Below are positions 33,752-44,642 of a DNA stretch of 64,000 nt, one piece after another. Source of the stretch: Nitrosopumilus sp. (GTDB lineage: Archaea > Thermoproteota > Nitrososphaeria > Nitrososphaerales > Nitrosopumilaceae). The translations under genes were made by a program, and so were the position numbers. The stretch is taken from NCBI GenBank assembly GCA_965219345.1, contig OZ244732.1:64001-128000 (forward strand), in the 5' to 3' direction. The notes under the pieces are model-generated. The model was not told the origin of the DNA. It did not search any database and worked only from the letters and a program-made list of their open reading frames with translations. How positions within the stretch are numbered: position 1 is the first letter of the stretch; every line of letters begins with the position of its first letter.

Positions 33752-34195
33752 CTAGTAGAGATTTGCCGCGTCTTCTTTTAGTTTATCTGTATCTTTAGAA
33801 TCATCTAGATGTTTTGCAAGATACGTATAAAGAGCAGATTTTAGTACTTTGAGTGAGAGTAAGGCACATTTTATTCGGACAGCTTGAAGATGTTCAAGAC
33901 CTAACTCACCTAATATGTCATTTTTCTCAATTTTTCTTACCTCATCAAGACTCTTACCTTTTGTAATTTCAGTCAATACTGAAGAGCAAGCCATGCAAAT
34001 TGCACAGCCTTTTCCATCAAATTTAATATCAGTAACTTTGTTATCATCAATTTTCATAGCAATGTCAATACTATCACCACACAATGGATTTGAATCGTGG
34101 AAAATTACATTGTGATCTTCAAGCTTTCCATAGTTTGTAGGATTTCTTGAATAATCAACAATCATCTCATGATAAATGTCTGCATTACCACTCAT
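33752..34195 (-). CDS. sufU: Fe-S scaffold SufU/IscU-like protein
   Basis: NPLCGD, GCAIC and RIKCALL motifs. Confidence 0.9.
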   Translation of the reverse strand: MSGNADIYHEMIVDYSRNPTNYGKLEDHNVIFHDSNPLCGDSIDIAMKIDDNKVTDIKFDGKGCAICMACSSVLTEITKGKSLDEVRKIEKNDILGELGLEHLQAVRIKCALLSLKVLKSALYTYLAKHLDDSKDTDKLKEDAANLY

Positions 34196-35436
34196 AATTT
34201 GAATACCTTCGCTACTTTATTTAATGAATTCACAAGAGCATCAATGTCTTCTTTGGTATTGTAAATGTAAAAGCTGGCCCTTGATGTTGCAGCAACATTT
34301 AGTCGTTCCATCAAAACTTGTGCACAGTGATGACCAGAACGAATTGCTATACCTTCCCCATCAATAATTTGTGCAACATCATGAGGATGTACATCTGCAA
34401 AATTAAATGATATTACACCACCGCGTTTTGAAATATCCTTTGTGCCATAGATATGAATTCCTTTAACTTCTGGTAATTTCTCCATAGCATATTTTGTTAG
34501 CTCAACTTCATGTTCTCGTACATTATCCATTCCAATCTTTGTAAGATAATCGATGGCAACACCAAATCCAACAACATCTGCAATATTCGGAGTACCTGCT
34601 TCAAATTTGTATGGTAAATCATTCCATGTAGTTTCATACTTGTGAACTTCTCTAATCATATCACCACCACCATGAAATGGACTCATAGTCTCAAGAACTG
34701 ATTTTCTAACCCACAAAACACCAATTCCTGTGGGTCCTAACATCTTGTGCCCAGAAAATGCAAAAAAGTCACATCCTAATTTTTCAATGTCAACTTTCAT
34801 GTGAGGTACTGCCTGAGCAGCATCAATTAGTGTAAGAACACCAGCTGCCTTGCATTTTTCAATAATCTTTTCAACATCAGTAATTGTTCCAAGAACATTT
34901 GACATTAAACTAAAAGTTACAAGTTTGACTTTTCCTGTTGCAAGATATTTGTCAAGATCATCTAAGATTAGTTCTCCATTATCATCCATTCCTATGTATT
35001 CTAATTTTGCACCTTTCTCTTGTGTAAGAAGCTGCCATGGGACAATGTTGCTGTGATGCTCATATTCAGTAGTAACAATAATGTCGCCTTCTTTGATGTG
35101 TGGTCTGCCCCATGCATATGCAACAAGATTGATTGCCTCAGTGGTTCCTCGAACAAAGATAATTTCCTGACGATCTTTTATGTTGATAAATTTAGCAATT
35201 TTATCGCGAGTTTTCTCATATGCTTCAGTTGCTTCTTCAGCTATAGCATATACTGCTCTGTGAATGTTAGAATTATAATTTCTGTAATAGTCAGTAATAG
35301 AATCAATTACTTGATTTGGTTTTTGTGTTGTAGACGCATTATCAAGATAGACAAGACGTTTGTTATCTCTAACAGTTCTCTGAAGAATTGGAAAATCTTT
35401 TCTCAAATTTTCAAAAGATGATTGTGTGCTTTGCAT
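34192..35436 (-). CDS. sufS: Cysteine desulfurase
   Basis: YLDNASTTQKP, SGHKMLGPTG and RSGHHCA motifs. Confidence 0.96.
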   Translation of the reverse strand: MQSTQSSFENLRKDFPILQRTVRDNKRLVYLDNASTTQKPNQVIDSITDYYRNYNSNIHRAVYAIAEEATEAYEKTRDKIAKFINIKDRQEIIFVRGTTEAINLVAYAWGRPHIKEGDIIVTTEYEHHSNIVPWQLLTQEKGAKLEYIGMDDNGELILDDLDKYLATGKVKLVTFSLMSNVLGTITDVEKIIEKCKAAGVLTLIDAAQAVPHMKVDIEKLGCDFFAFSGHKMLGPTGIGVLWVRKSVLETMSPFHGGGDMIREVHKYETTWNDLPYKFEAGTPNIADVVGFGVAIDYLTKIGMDNVREHEVELTKYAMEKLPEVKGIHIYGTKDISKRGGVISFNFADVHPHDVAQIIDGEGIAIRSGHHCAQVLMERLNVAATSRASFYIYNTKEDIDALVNSLNKVAKVFKL

Positions 35437-35439
35437 ATT

Positions 35440-35757
35440 TTAAACCTCTACGTAAACCTCGTTACCGTCTATTTTAACATTGTACACTTTTAGTGGTTTT
35501 TCAGCAGGAAGATTTTGTGGTTCTCCATTCTCTAAATTGAAAACAGAAAGATGTAATGGACATCTAATACCTTCTTCGCTAAGAAATCCAGTAGAAAGAT
35601 CTGCATTAGCATGAGTACAGATAAGATCTGTTGCACGAATTTTTCCCTTGAGGTTAGCTAGGAGAATTTTCTTATCATCATGAGTAAATTCCAAAAGTTG
35701 ACCTTCTTTTACCTGCTCTAAATCGCAAGCCTTTATCCATTCAGACAGAAAAATCAC
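35440..35757 (-). CDS. Rieske-type ferredoxin
   Basis: CTH...CPLH motif. Confidence 0.9.
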   Translation of the reverse strand: MIFLSEWIKACDLEQVKEGQLLEFTHDDKKILLANLKGKIRATDLICTHANADLSTGFLSEEGIRCPLHLSVFNLENGEPQNLPAEKPLKVYNVKIDGNEVYVEV

Positions 35758-37154
35758 CTATACTTGTAGTGTTGTTCGATTTCAGCGTCTTCGTTGTAGC
35801 GTGTCTCTTCAATTTCTACAAACTTGGCTAATTCTTCATCAGTATTGATAGACAATTCTTTGTTTTCCCATTTAGATTCAATCAGATATGCAATCCATGC
35901 TCTTACTTGGAAAGACATCTTTCTGGATAATGGTTCTAAGAATCCCTCAATAATTGTTCTTTCAGCTTCTCCATAGCTTAGGCATCTTGTGTTAAGATAG
36001 AAGAGTTGTTCTTCATCTATTTGGGCAACAGATGCAGAGTGAGTAGCTTTGACATCATTGGTAAGAATCTCCAATCCAGGAATAGAGTCAGACTTGGCGT
36101 CTTTATCAAGTAGAATGGAACGACCTGACAAAAATGAATTTGATTTTGTTGCATTTTCTTTAATTCTAATCATTCCTTTGAAAAGAGATTTTGATTTGTT
36201 TCGAAGAATTGATTTTTCTACAACTCGGCCTTCTGTTGATGGACTCGCATGAGTCACATTAGTTTGAATATCAAATGATTGTTCATTATTTCCAAAGATA
36301 ACTTCAGAATCATTACATGATGCAGCTGGACCATTTAGGAAATACTCGATTTTGTATCTAGATAATATAGCACCAAACAAACCAGAATACCAGTTAACCG
36401 TAGCATCTTGAGCCAAGTCAGTTCTTCTTGTGCAGAAACTAACTGAGCTTTGATCCATCATCTGTAGGGTGGTTATATCCAATTGTGCATTTTGTGAGAG
36501 ATTTGTGTTTAGTAATTCAAGATATGCTTGTTGTTTTTCTGCCTTTGAGGAGTATAGTTCCTGAACAATTGTTGCTTTGCTGCTCTCATCTGCAAAAATA
36601 ATATTTCTAGAGATAGTTGAGATTCCATCTTCTGATAAACAAGATAAAATATGAATCGGTTTTTCTAGTTCAAGATTTCGTGGAATGTGAATGAAAACTC
36701 CGGAATTAAATGCAGCATTGTTTAGTGCAGTAAATTTATCTTCATTGGAATTTGATGCTTCTAGTGCTTTTTTTACTAAATCAGAGTTGTTTTGAATTGC
36801 ATCTTCTAGAGAAGAGATTACAAGTCCCTTTGATTTTAATTCATCAGAGATATTGATTCTGCAGGTATTGGTTCCAATTTGAATAATGCATATTTCATTT
36901 TCTAACTCTCCAAGTCTTTTTTGAAGAAAACTAGGAACAGTATCAGTAGTAGATATGGATAGTGAAACTTGATGTGGATCCATCTTTTGTGCATCAGTGT
37001 ATTTATTGTAAAGTGGAGATATTTCAATTGGCAATTTCTCATATACAGACAAGGAATTTTGTCTGTATTCTTTTAGCCAGTCAGGTTCATTCCTTGATGA
37101 AGAAATCTCATCGATATGACTGATGTTAAGTTTTGAAAGAGTTTCTTGAGACAT
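35754..37154 (-). CDS. sufD: Fe-S assembly protein SufD
   Basis: PGLEILTNDVKATHSASV motif. Directly downstream of sufB. Confidence 0.92.
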   Translation of the reverse strand: MSQETLSKLNISHIDEISSSRNEPDWLKEYRQNSLSVYEKLPIEISPLYNKYTDAQKMDPHQVSLSISTTDTVPSFLQKRLGELENEICIIQIGTNTCRINISDELKSKGLVISSLEDAIQNNSDLVKKALEASNSNEDKFTALNNAAFNSGVFIHIPRNLELEKPIHILSCLSEDGISTISRNIIFADESSKATIVQELYSSKAEKQQAYLELLNTNLSQNAQLDITTLQMMDQSSVSFCTRRTDLAQDATVNWYSGLFGAILSRYKIEYFLNGPAASCNDSEVIFGNNEQSFDIQTNVTHASPSTEGRVVEKSILRNKSKSLFKGMIRIKENATKSNSFLSGRSILLDKDAKSDSIPGLEILTNDVKATHSASVAQIDEEQLFYLNTRCLSYGEAERTIIEGFLEPLSRKMSFQVRAWIAYLIESKWENKELSINTDEELAKFVEIEETRYNEDAEIEQHYKYR

Positions 37155-37179
37155 GATTAATCAATGTATAATTGGGAGT

Positions 37180-38580
37180 CTATCCCACTGAGTCATCCAT
37201 TTCTAGTTTAATGAGTCGATTTAATTCTACAGCATATTCCATTGGTAATTCTTTTGTAAATGGCTCCATGAATCCATTAACAATTAGTGTTAGTGATTCT
37301 TCTTCAGTAAACCCTCTACTCATAAGGTAGAAGATTTGTTCATCACCAATTTTTCCAACTGTAGCTTCATGAGTGATTGTCGCATCTTCTTGATTGATTT
37401 CCATGTATGGATAGGTCTCAGTCTTGGAGGTATCATCCAAGAGCAATGCATCACATCTCACAGTGGCTTTAACATTTGTAGCACCTTTTGCTACGTTAAG
37501 TAGTCCTCTGTAAGTAGAACGCCCATCTAGTCTACTAACAGACTTTGATGTGATTTTAGAAGTTGTGTTTGGCGCAAGATGAACCATTTTTGCGCCTGTA
37601 TCTTGATGTTGTCCTTTGCCGGCAAAGGCAATAGAGAGAGTCTCACCATATGCTCTTTCGCCCATAAGGTATATTCCAGGATATTTCATTGTTAATTTAC
37701 TTCCAATGTTTCCATCAATCCATTCAACAGTTGCACCTTCATATGCATAAGCACGTTTTGTTACAAGATTGTAAACATCGCTACTCCAGTTTTGGATTGT
37801 TGTGTATCTTAGTTTTGCATCTTTGTGTGCAATTAGTTCTACAACAGCAGAGTGAAGTGATTCTGAAGAATAAACAGGAGCAGTACATCCTTCAATGTAA
37901 TGTACTTCTGCACCTTCATCTACAATGATTAATGTCCTTTCAAATTGACCAATGTTTTCTGCATTAATTCTAAAGTATGCTTGTAAAGGCATATCGACTC
38001 TGACACCAGGTGGAACATAGATGAATGAACCACCACTCCAAACTGCACTGTTTAGTGCTGCGAATTTGTTGTCCTCTGGAGGAATTATTTTACCAAAGTA
38101 TTTCTTGAATAGTTCTGGATGTTCTTTAAGAGCTGCATCAGTATCCAAAAATAGAACGCCTTGTTTTGCCAAATCCTCTCTTAAGCTGTGATACACAACT
38201 TCAGATTCATATTGTGCACCAACTCCTGCTAAGAATTTCTTTTCAGCTTCTGGAATTCCAAGTTTATCAAAAGTGTTTTTAACATTTTCTGGAACATCAT
38301 CCCAATTTTTCTCGGTTTTCTCTGATGCTTTTGCATAATAATAGATATTTTGGAAATCAATAGTACCAAGATCACCGCCCCAAGTTGGCATTGGTTTTTT
38401 CATAAAAATTTCATAAGAACGTAATCTAAAGTCAAGCATCCATTGTGGTTCATCTTTCATTTTACTGATTTCAATTACAGTATCTTTAGACAGACCTTTC
38501 TTGCCAAGATGGACATACATTTCTGTAGAGTCTTTAAAATCATATTTTGAATAATCCATGTCAAGATTTTCAGTTGCCAT
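37180..38580 (-). CDS. sufB: Fe-S assembly protein SufB
   Basis: [16 protein letters not shown] and [10 protein letters not shown] motifs. Confidence 0.96.
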   Translation of the reverse strand: MATENLDMDYSKYDFKDSTEMYVHLGKKGLSKDTVIEISKMKDEPQWMLDFRLRSYEIFMKKPMPTWGGDLGTIDFQNIYYYAKASEKTEKNWDDVPENVKNTFDKLGIPEAEKKFLAGVGAQYESEVVYHSLREDLAKQGVLFLDTDAALKEHPELFKKYFGKIIPPEDNKFAALNSAVWSGGSFIYVPPGVRVDMPLQAYFRINAENIGQFERTLIIVDEGAEVHYIEGCTAPVYSSESLHSAVVELIAHKDAKLRYTTIQNWSSDVYNLVTKRAYAYEGATVEWIDGNIGSKLTMKYPGIYLMGERAYGETLSIAFAGKGQHQDTGAKMVHLAPNTTSKITSKSVSRLDGRSTYRGLLNVAKGATNVKATVRCDALLLDDTSKTETYPYMEINQEDATITHEATVGKIGDEQIFYLMSRGFTEEESLTLIVNGFMEPFTKELPMEYAVELNRLIKLEMDDSVG

Positions 38581-38764
38581 GCAGAAAATAACTCCGTTAT
38601 ATTATAAATACATGGGGAAAAATAGGCAGAGCTAAATAGCTTTAGCTAAACATTAGAGGGTAACTAATCCAACACAGATTCAAGTAATCAAAGTTTAGTT
38701 CGGCAGGATTAGTATGTTTTTGGGATTATATTGGTACCAAATAGGTACGAAACACCTCAAGCAA

Positions 38765-38920
38765 TTACATTACCTGTGAAAAGTCGGGTTTATCAAAATC
38801 AGGCAATCTACTCTCTTTTTGTTTGCTGCCCTTTAACTCTCTTTTTTTGTGTGTATTAGAATGCCTTTCTAGTCTTTTTTCATCATTAAACTGCATATTA
38901 CATTTTGAACACTTGAGCAC
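38765..38920 (-). CDS. 51-aa C2H2 zinc-finger microprotein (not in the ORF track)
   Basis: Translates as MLKCSKCNMQFNDEKRLERHSNTHKKRELKGSKQKESRLPDFDKPDFSQVM, a canonical CxxC-F-L-HxxxH. Confidence 0.75.
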   Translation of the reverse strand: MLKCSKCNMQFNDEKRLERHSNTHKKRELKGSKQKESRLPDFDKPDFSQVM

Positions 38921-39052
38921 ATTATACAATAATCCTTCTTATTTTTATAAAGTTGTAATATGGTAATTATGCATTAGATGAAAAAACAGTCAATAGAAGA
39001 ATTACAAGTATTACACCTATTGGAACGGGAATTAATTTTAAAAGTCTAGTTT

Positions 39053-39538
39053 TCATTTTTCACATTCATAATTTTGCAGATAATTTATGATATCTTCTTG
39101 TGCAACCTCATGTTGTAATTCTCTTTCAACATAACAATGAAAGTTATTGTGGTCTAGATTATAATTTTCATCAAAATATAGATTCATTCTAACTCGAAAA
39201 TCATCTTCGTTTCCTGCAAAATACGATACATGATCATCTCGTACTGATACTTGGGCATCTTCATACTTTACATAAAATGCAATAACTTCTGGAGTATCGT
39301 TGTAAAGTTCTAGAATTCGTTTTTCAAATATGTAATCTACACATTCTTCAAACTTCTGTTGAGTTACTCCGTCAGGTAATCCTATGTCTTCAATTCCATA
39401 ATTTCCATCAAATTCATTATCAAGTAAATTTGAATATCTAGCAAGATGTGTAAGTATTGGTTTATCACATCCAATACTGTATAATTCATCTTCTGCACTT
39501 GTTATCCATGCAGAACCTCTTTCAGCACCAAGATTCAT
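39053..39538 (-). CDS. Acidic hypothetical protein, probably 5'-truncated
   Basis: 161-aa ORF. Hydrophobic coding remnants lie upstream in another frame. Confidence 0.5.
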   Translation of the reverse strand: MNLGAERGSAWITSAEDELYSIGCDKPILTHLARYSNLLDNEFDGNYGIEDIGLPDGVTQQKFEECVDYIFEKRILELYNDTPEVIAFYVKYEDAQVSVRDDHVSYFAGNEDDFRVRMNLYFDENYNLDHNNFHCYVERELQHEVAQEDIINYLQNYECEK

Positions 39539-39724
39539 TGGTGGAGGATAGTCTAGATAATCTAGAAGATAGCCATTTAGAAATAATCCCCAACATCGAT
39601 GAAAACTAGTGACCGCCTTTCATCCATGAGGAAGGATTCATACAATCATACATTAGATAGAAAACATATGTCATAGATCCAGAGATTATCAATCCAATTA
39701 TTATTGGTATGATGAGTTTTGTTT

Positions 39725-40279
39725 TCATTTTCTTTTTCTCCTGATCACAAAAATAATTCCACCGACTACACCACCAATTATTCCCACGATTAATAGAATT
39801 GCCATGTAGATTAATTCATAATCATAATCACGTATAGGCATCAATCCTGCAAGTTCTGCATCATAAACGATGCATACCCCCATTTGGTATATTGCTCCCA
39901 AACCACAGATATGATCATCTTTACTGATTTCAATTACATCAAAGTGACCTTTGTATTCTCCAGTGTCAGGTGCACGTCCTGAAAAAAAATAATACTCATA
40001 CACGTTTCTGTTCTGAGTTGATTCACTGGCCCAATCTTCTAGTCTATCTTCTTTAATTGCTTGATTTAGATCCAAATATGCAGATTCCATAAACTCTGAA
40101 CCTTTGTAGGAATAATATTGTGTCCACATGTTGACTTCATTTTGATTATACCTTCCGTTTGCTAAAGTATCAAGACAAGGTGCTCCAGACCAATCATCAT
40201 TTACTGAACAAATAGCAAACGCCTGGGGTATTAACACCACAAATCCAATCAAAATCAACAAAATTACAAAAAATTTCAT
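39725..40279 (-). CDS. Secreted, membrane-anchored hypothetical protein
   Basis: N-terminal signal peptide (PQAFA), C-terminal TM helix and a basic tail. Confidence 0.75.
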   Translation of the reverse strand: MKFFVILLILIGFVVLIPQAFAICSVNDDWSGAPCLDTLANGRYNQNEVNMWTQYYSYKGSEFMESAYLDLNQAIKEDRLEDWASESTQNRNVYEYYFFSGRAPDTGEYKGHFDVIEISKDDHICGLGAIYQMGVCIVYDAELAGLMPIRDYDYELIYMAILLIVGIIGGVVGGIIFVIRRKRK

Positions 40280-40479
40280 AATATGACTAAACGAATTACT
40301 AGATACTCATAAAGACTTCGAGTCTTAGGTACTTCCTTAGAGACTTGAATGAGTTTAGTGACTAATTTAGGCCGTCAAAGGGTCTTCAAGTATTACTCAA
40401 GACTAATAATTTCATTTTGAACCAAATTTCTATTATGAACTAATTTAGATTTGGACCAAGTATTCTTAAACAAAAGCAA

Positions 40480-40826
40480 TTCTTTTTGCAATCCCAGTTA
40501 TTATTACTGCAATCTATTCTGATTATTTTCTACAAGAATTTGGTGAGGCAAACTTTGACTATTACTGTGGCCTAATCTTTGTGGCTGGAGCATCAATAAC
40601 ATTACCATTGGCAGGTTTTGAAGCACTAGTTTTTCGAGGTGGCCTTTTAGGAGCAGTTTGGGCACTACTTCTTTTTGGTGTTCTAGTTTTCACAATAGCT
40701 GATGTTTGGCATTATTATCTAGAGGTAGTTGGAGAACATCATTTGTTACATCCAGTGAATTTATTCTGGCATATTTCAGACTGGATTGTGATATATGCAC
40801 TTTACAAACATAGTAAAGCAATCTAA
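40480..40826 (+). pseudogene. Membrane-protein fragment
   Basis: ORF 40581-40826 looks like the C-terminal end of a polytopic membrane protein, with broken coding sequence upstream. The start is approximate. Confidence 0.45.
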
Positions 40827-40870
40827 GTCTAGACTTGATCATTAAATTTTTTCTATTTCTACACAAAGTT

Positions 40871-41671
40871 TTAGGCTACAGCTAGAGTATTTTTGATTGT
40901 ATCAAACGCACCACTAACTGTATGTACCTCAGCTACTGTATTCTTGACTTCGAATTTTTTCAGTTCATCTGCAGTGAACGGGCCAATTGCAACTACAGAT
41001 AGTTTTGATAATTGATCAAGAAGTTTTTCCTCATCATAGTCTTTTGACATTATCTCAAAGAATCCACGAACTGAAGATACACTAGTTAAAATCACACCAT
41101 CAACTTTGCCTTGGGAGAATAGTTCTCGAAATTCATTCCACTGAGTAGTATCTCTAAATGCACACACATCATACAAATGAATTTCCAACACATCAATTCC
41201 AATCTTGTTTAGCAATTCTTTCAAAAACGGAGTTGATGCACCACTACGAGGAATAATTACTTTTTTGCCAACAGCGTGAATTTTTGTAAATTCCTCACCA
41301 ACACCAACCGATGAATAGGTAGTAGGCTGATAGTTAACTTTGATTCCCTCGTTTTCAAGAGCAGCTGTAGTCTTTGGGCCAACTGACATCACCATAGTAT
41401 TTGCAACAGCCAATTGCAGTTTCTCAAATTTCCCTACTTGCTTAGCTGTATCAAAAAGTAATTTTACTGCCTTTGAGCTCATAAAAACAGAATAATCTGG
41501 ATTGTATTTTTCAATTGATCCCAAGAATTCATCAGCAATCTTTTCACCCTTACTTACAAGTTCAATTGTGGGTAAAGTGATTGGCCTTGCGTTATTTTTT
41601 TCTGCAAGCTGAATAAATTCAGTAGAATCATCTTTTGAACGAGTGATTGCGATAATTTTACCCTCAAGCAT
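40871..41671 (-). CDS. hemD: Uroporphyrinogen-III synthase
   Basis: IAITR, VGPKT and VAIGPFTA motifs, within the hem operon. Confidence 0.9.
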   Translation of the reverse strand: MLEGKIIAITRSKDDSTEFIQLAEKNNARPITLPTIELVSKGEKIADEFLGSIEKYNPDYSVFMSSKAVKLLFDTAKQVGKFEKLQLAVANTMVMSVGPKTTAALENEGIKVNYQPTTYSSVGVGEEFTKIHAVGKKVIIPRSGASTPFLKELLNKIGIDVLEIHLYDVCAFRDTTQWNEFRELFSQGKVDGVILTSVSSVRGFFEIMSKDYDEEKLLDQLSKLSVVAIGPFTADELKKFEVKNTVAEVHTVSGAFDTIKNTLAVA

Positions 41672-42411
41672 TATTTCCACCCTATAGTTTCTGACAGATC
41701 AACAACTTTGCCAATAATGATATTGGTAGGAGGCAGGATTTTATTCTCTTTGACTTTTTTTGCAATGTTTGTCACAGTTCCTTTAATCATTTTTTGTTTA
41801 GGAGTAGTTCCATTTTGAATTACTGCTACAGGAGTTCTTTTGTCCATTCCACCAGCAACAAGTTGTTTGCATATAATATCAATTCGGGACAATCCCATCA
41901 TTATCACAATAGTGTCTACAGATTTTGCAAGTCTTTTCCATCTGACAACTTCATTTTTCTTTTCAGGGTCTTCATGTCCTGTTACGAACACCACTGATGA
42001 TGAGTGTTTTCTGTGAGTTAGAGGGATTCCAACATAAGTTGCTGAACCAATTCCAGAAGTAATTCCTGGAACTATTTCATATTTTATTTTATTTTCTCTA
42101 AGAAATTCTGCTTCTTCTCCACCACGACCAAAGATAATTGGATCTCCACCCTTTAGTCTAACTATATTTTTTTTAGATTTTGCATATTTTACCATTAAAT
42201 CATTTGTTGTGATTTGATGAGTGGTATCATCTCCTACTGCTCTTCCAACATAGATTTTCTCTGCAGATTTTGGTATCATAGAGATTATTTTTTTGCTAAC
42301 CAATCTATCATACAAAACGATGTCCGCCTTTCTGAGTAGTTCAACTGCTCTCAATGTAATTAATTTGCTATCGCCTGGACCAGCTCCAACAAGATACACT
42401 TTTCCTGTCAT
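41671..42411 (-). CDS. cobA: Uroporphyrinogen-III C-methyltransferase
   Basis: VGAGPGD and RLKGGDPIIFGRGGEE motifs. Confidence 0.95.
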   Translation of the reverse strand: MTGKVYLVGAGPGDSKLITLRAVELLRKADIVLYDRLVSKKIISMIPKSAEKIYVGRAVGDDTTHQITTNDLMVKYAKSKKNIVRLKGGDPIIFGRGGEEAEFLRENKIKYEIVPGITSGIGSATYVGIPLTHRKHSSSVVFVTGHEDPEKKNEVVRWKRLAKSVDTIVIMMGLSRIDIICKQLVAGGMDKRTPVAVIQNGTTPKQKMIKGTVTNIAKKVKENKILPPTNIIIGKVVDLSETIGWK

Positions 42412-43343
42412 TTTTTATTCCATTCCTCCACTTTTTCTCTCCAATTTAATGCAAGTTCATTTACGCCTTTCTCACGGAGTTCCTCTCCAGCACTTTTACC
42501 AATGGATTTAGGATCTGTTTTGTTTCCAGTTTTGTTTACTTGTAATGATTTTTTCCCGTCTACAGAAAATGCTACTGCACGTAATGTCATTTCAGAACCA
42601 TTAGATTTTGCGTATGCGCCAACTGGGAATCGACATCCAGAATCAACAAAATCAGACAAAGCACGTTCTGCCTCAATCTCCAATCTAGAATCAGCATCTT
42701 CAATTTTTTTCAGCATAGAAATAGTTTGAGAATCATCTGCTCTTGCAACTATTGCTATTGCACCTTGACCTGGTGATGGAGAAAAATCATCAATCGATAA
42801 TTGAGTTAACTTTACATTAACTCCCAATCGAGAGATTCCTGCCTGTGCAAGTATCACTGCATCATAGTTTTCATCAGATACTTTTCTAATTCTTGTTTCA
42901 ATATTCCCCCGAATTGGTTTAACTATAACATCAGATCTTTTTCGAATCACTTGTACAGCACGACGAAGTGAACTTGTTCCAATTACTGCCCCTGGTTTAA
43001 TGGTCTCTAGTGTTGAGTCATCTGAAGAAATGAATACATCATTTACTGCTTCACGTTTTGGAATACAAGCCAAAGTGAGACTTTCATCTATTTCTGAAGG
43101 AACGTCTTTGAGACTATGGACAGCAAAATCAACTTCCTTTTGTGCAACTGCTCTATCAATCTCTTTTTCAAAAATTCCTTTCTGGTCTATTGTAAATAAG
43201 GGCCTAGTATCGGTATCGCCTTTTGTTGTGATTGCTTTAATTTCATATTCTGAATCAGGATTTACTTTTTTTAGTTCTTTGATAACCCGATTTGTTTGGG
43301 CTACAGATAATTGACTTCCTCTTGCACCAACTATGTACTTCAA
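42408..43343 (-). CDS. hemC: Hydroxymethylbilane synthase
   Basis: AVHSLKD, GTSSLRR and RGNIETR motifs. Confidence 0.96.
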   Translation of the reverse strand: MKYIVGARGSQLSVAQTNRVIKELKKVNPDSEYEIKAITTKGDTDTRPLFTIDQKGIFEKEIDRAVAQKEVDFAVHSLKDVPSEIDESLTLACIPKREAVNDVFISSDDSTLETIKPGAVIGTSSLRRAVQVIRKRSDVIVKPIRGNIETRIRKVSDENYDAVILAQAGISRLGVNVKLTQLSIDDFSPSPGQGAIAIVARADDSQTISMLKKIEDADSRLEIEAERALSDFVDSGCRFPVGAYAKSNGSEMTLRAVAFSVDGKKSLQVNKTGNKTDPKSIGKSAGEELREKGVNELALNWREKVEEWNKK

Positions 43344-44617
43344 TTTTTCACCGATTTTAATGCAGCATGATATGCGTCAAGTGTATTGTTTAGGTCATTT
43401 TCAGTGTGAGCATCAGATAGGAAAACAACTTCAAACTGAGAAGGTGCAATGAAGATTCCTTTTTTCAGTAAGGTTTTGAACATTTTTTGGAATTTCTTGG
43501 CGTCAGCATTTTTTGATGTCTTATAATCAATTACAGGCTTATTTGTAAAGAAAATCTGAAACATTGATGCTGCAGAATTGATTTGGTGAGGAATTCCCAT
43601 GTCTGTAGCCATATCATCAAGAGTTGTAGTGAATAATAGATTGAATCTTTCAAGTTTGGAATAAAGTCTATTTTTGATTTTGTTAATTGTCTTAATGGAA
43701 GCAATTGCAGCACTAACAGAGATAGGATTCCCAGCAAAAGTACTTGCTTGATAGACTTTGCCTCCTGGAGAGAGCAAATTCATAATCTCTTTTCTTCCAC
43801 CAACTGCAGATACCGTAAATCCGTTGCTTAGGGCTTTGGCAAGTGTGGTAATATCAGGCTTGATTCCAAAATGTTCCTGAGCACCGCCGGGTGCCACTCT
43901 AAATCCAGTTACTACTTCATCAAAAATTAACGGAATGTTATTTTCTTTAGTAATTTTTCTCAGATCATAAAGAAAGTTTTTTTCAGGCAAGATTAACCCC
44001 ATGTTAGCTAAGATTGGCTCAACAATAACTCCTGCAATGTCTTTGTTTTGTCTGATTGTTTTTTTAAAATCTTCAATATTGTTGTACTGAACAACTAGAG
44101 TATTTTTTGAAACTTCATCTAACCCACCATCAGAAACTGAAATTCCATTGTGTGCAGAACCAGAACCTGCTTTTGCCAAGACAGAGTCATGTGCACCATG
44201 ATAACATCCTTCAAATTTTATTATTTTTTTCTTTTTTGTAAATCCACGAGCTAGTCTGATTGCAGTCATTGTAGCTTCACCACCAGTATTTACTAATCTT
44301 ACTTTGTCAATGGATGGAAAATTTCCAATAATTAGTTTTGATAATTCAATTTCGGATTCAGTTGGAGTACAGTAAAGAGTTCCTTTTGAAAGTTGATTTG
44401 AAACAGATTTGATTATCTCTTGTCTTCTATGTCCTAAAAGTAATGCACCATAGCCATTACAAAAATCGATGTAGCGATTATTGTCTTCGTCCCAAATGTA
44501 TGCACCATTAGATTTTTTTGTAAAGAATGGATATGGTTCAAAATATCTAACAGGACTATTGACGCCTGATGGGATTATTTTTTTGGCATCATTGAATAAT
44601 TTCTTGGAGTTAGACAA
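43340..44617 (-). CDS. hemL: Glutamate-1-semialdehyde 2,1-aminomutase
   Basis: GVNSPVR, KFEGCYHG and FDEVVTGFR motifs. Confidence 0.96.
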   Translation of the reverse strand: MSNSKKLFNDAKKIIPSGVNSPVRYFEPYPFFTKKSNGAYIWDEDNNRYIDFCNGYGALLLGHRRQEIIKSVSNQLSKGTLYCTPTESEIELSKLIIGNFPSIDKVRLVNTGGEATMTAIRLARGFTKKKKIIKFEGCYHGAHDSVLAKAGSGSAHNGISVSDGGLDEVSKNTLVVQYNNIEDFKKTIRQNKDIAGVIVEPILANMGLILPEKNFLYDLRKITKENNIPLIFDEVVTGFRVAPGGAQEHFGIKPDITTLAKALSNGFTVSAVGGRKEIMNLLSPGGKVYQASTFAGNPISVSAAIASIKTINKIKNRLYSKLERFNLLFTTTLDDMATDMGIPHQINSAASMFQIFFTNKPVIDYKTSKNADAKKFQKMFKTLLKKGIFIAPSQFEVVFLSDAHTENDLNNTLDAYHAALKSVKN

Positions 44618-44642
44618 TATTGAGCTGTATTATGGGTCATTA

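Noticed and set aside
33403-38580. suf operon lacking sufC
   Set aside because: sufC can be encoded elsewhere. Its absence from this window is not evidence of loss.
40300-40410. Short recurring GACT/AGTC motifs in an intergenic stretch
   Set aside because: No consistent repeat unit, terminal repeat or structure could be defined.
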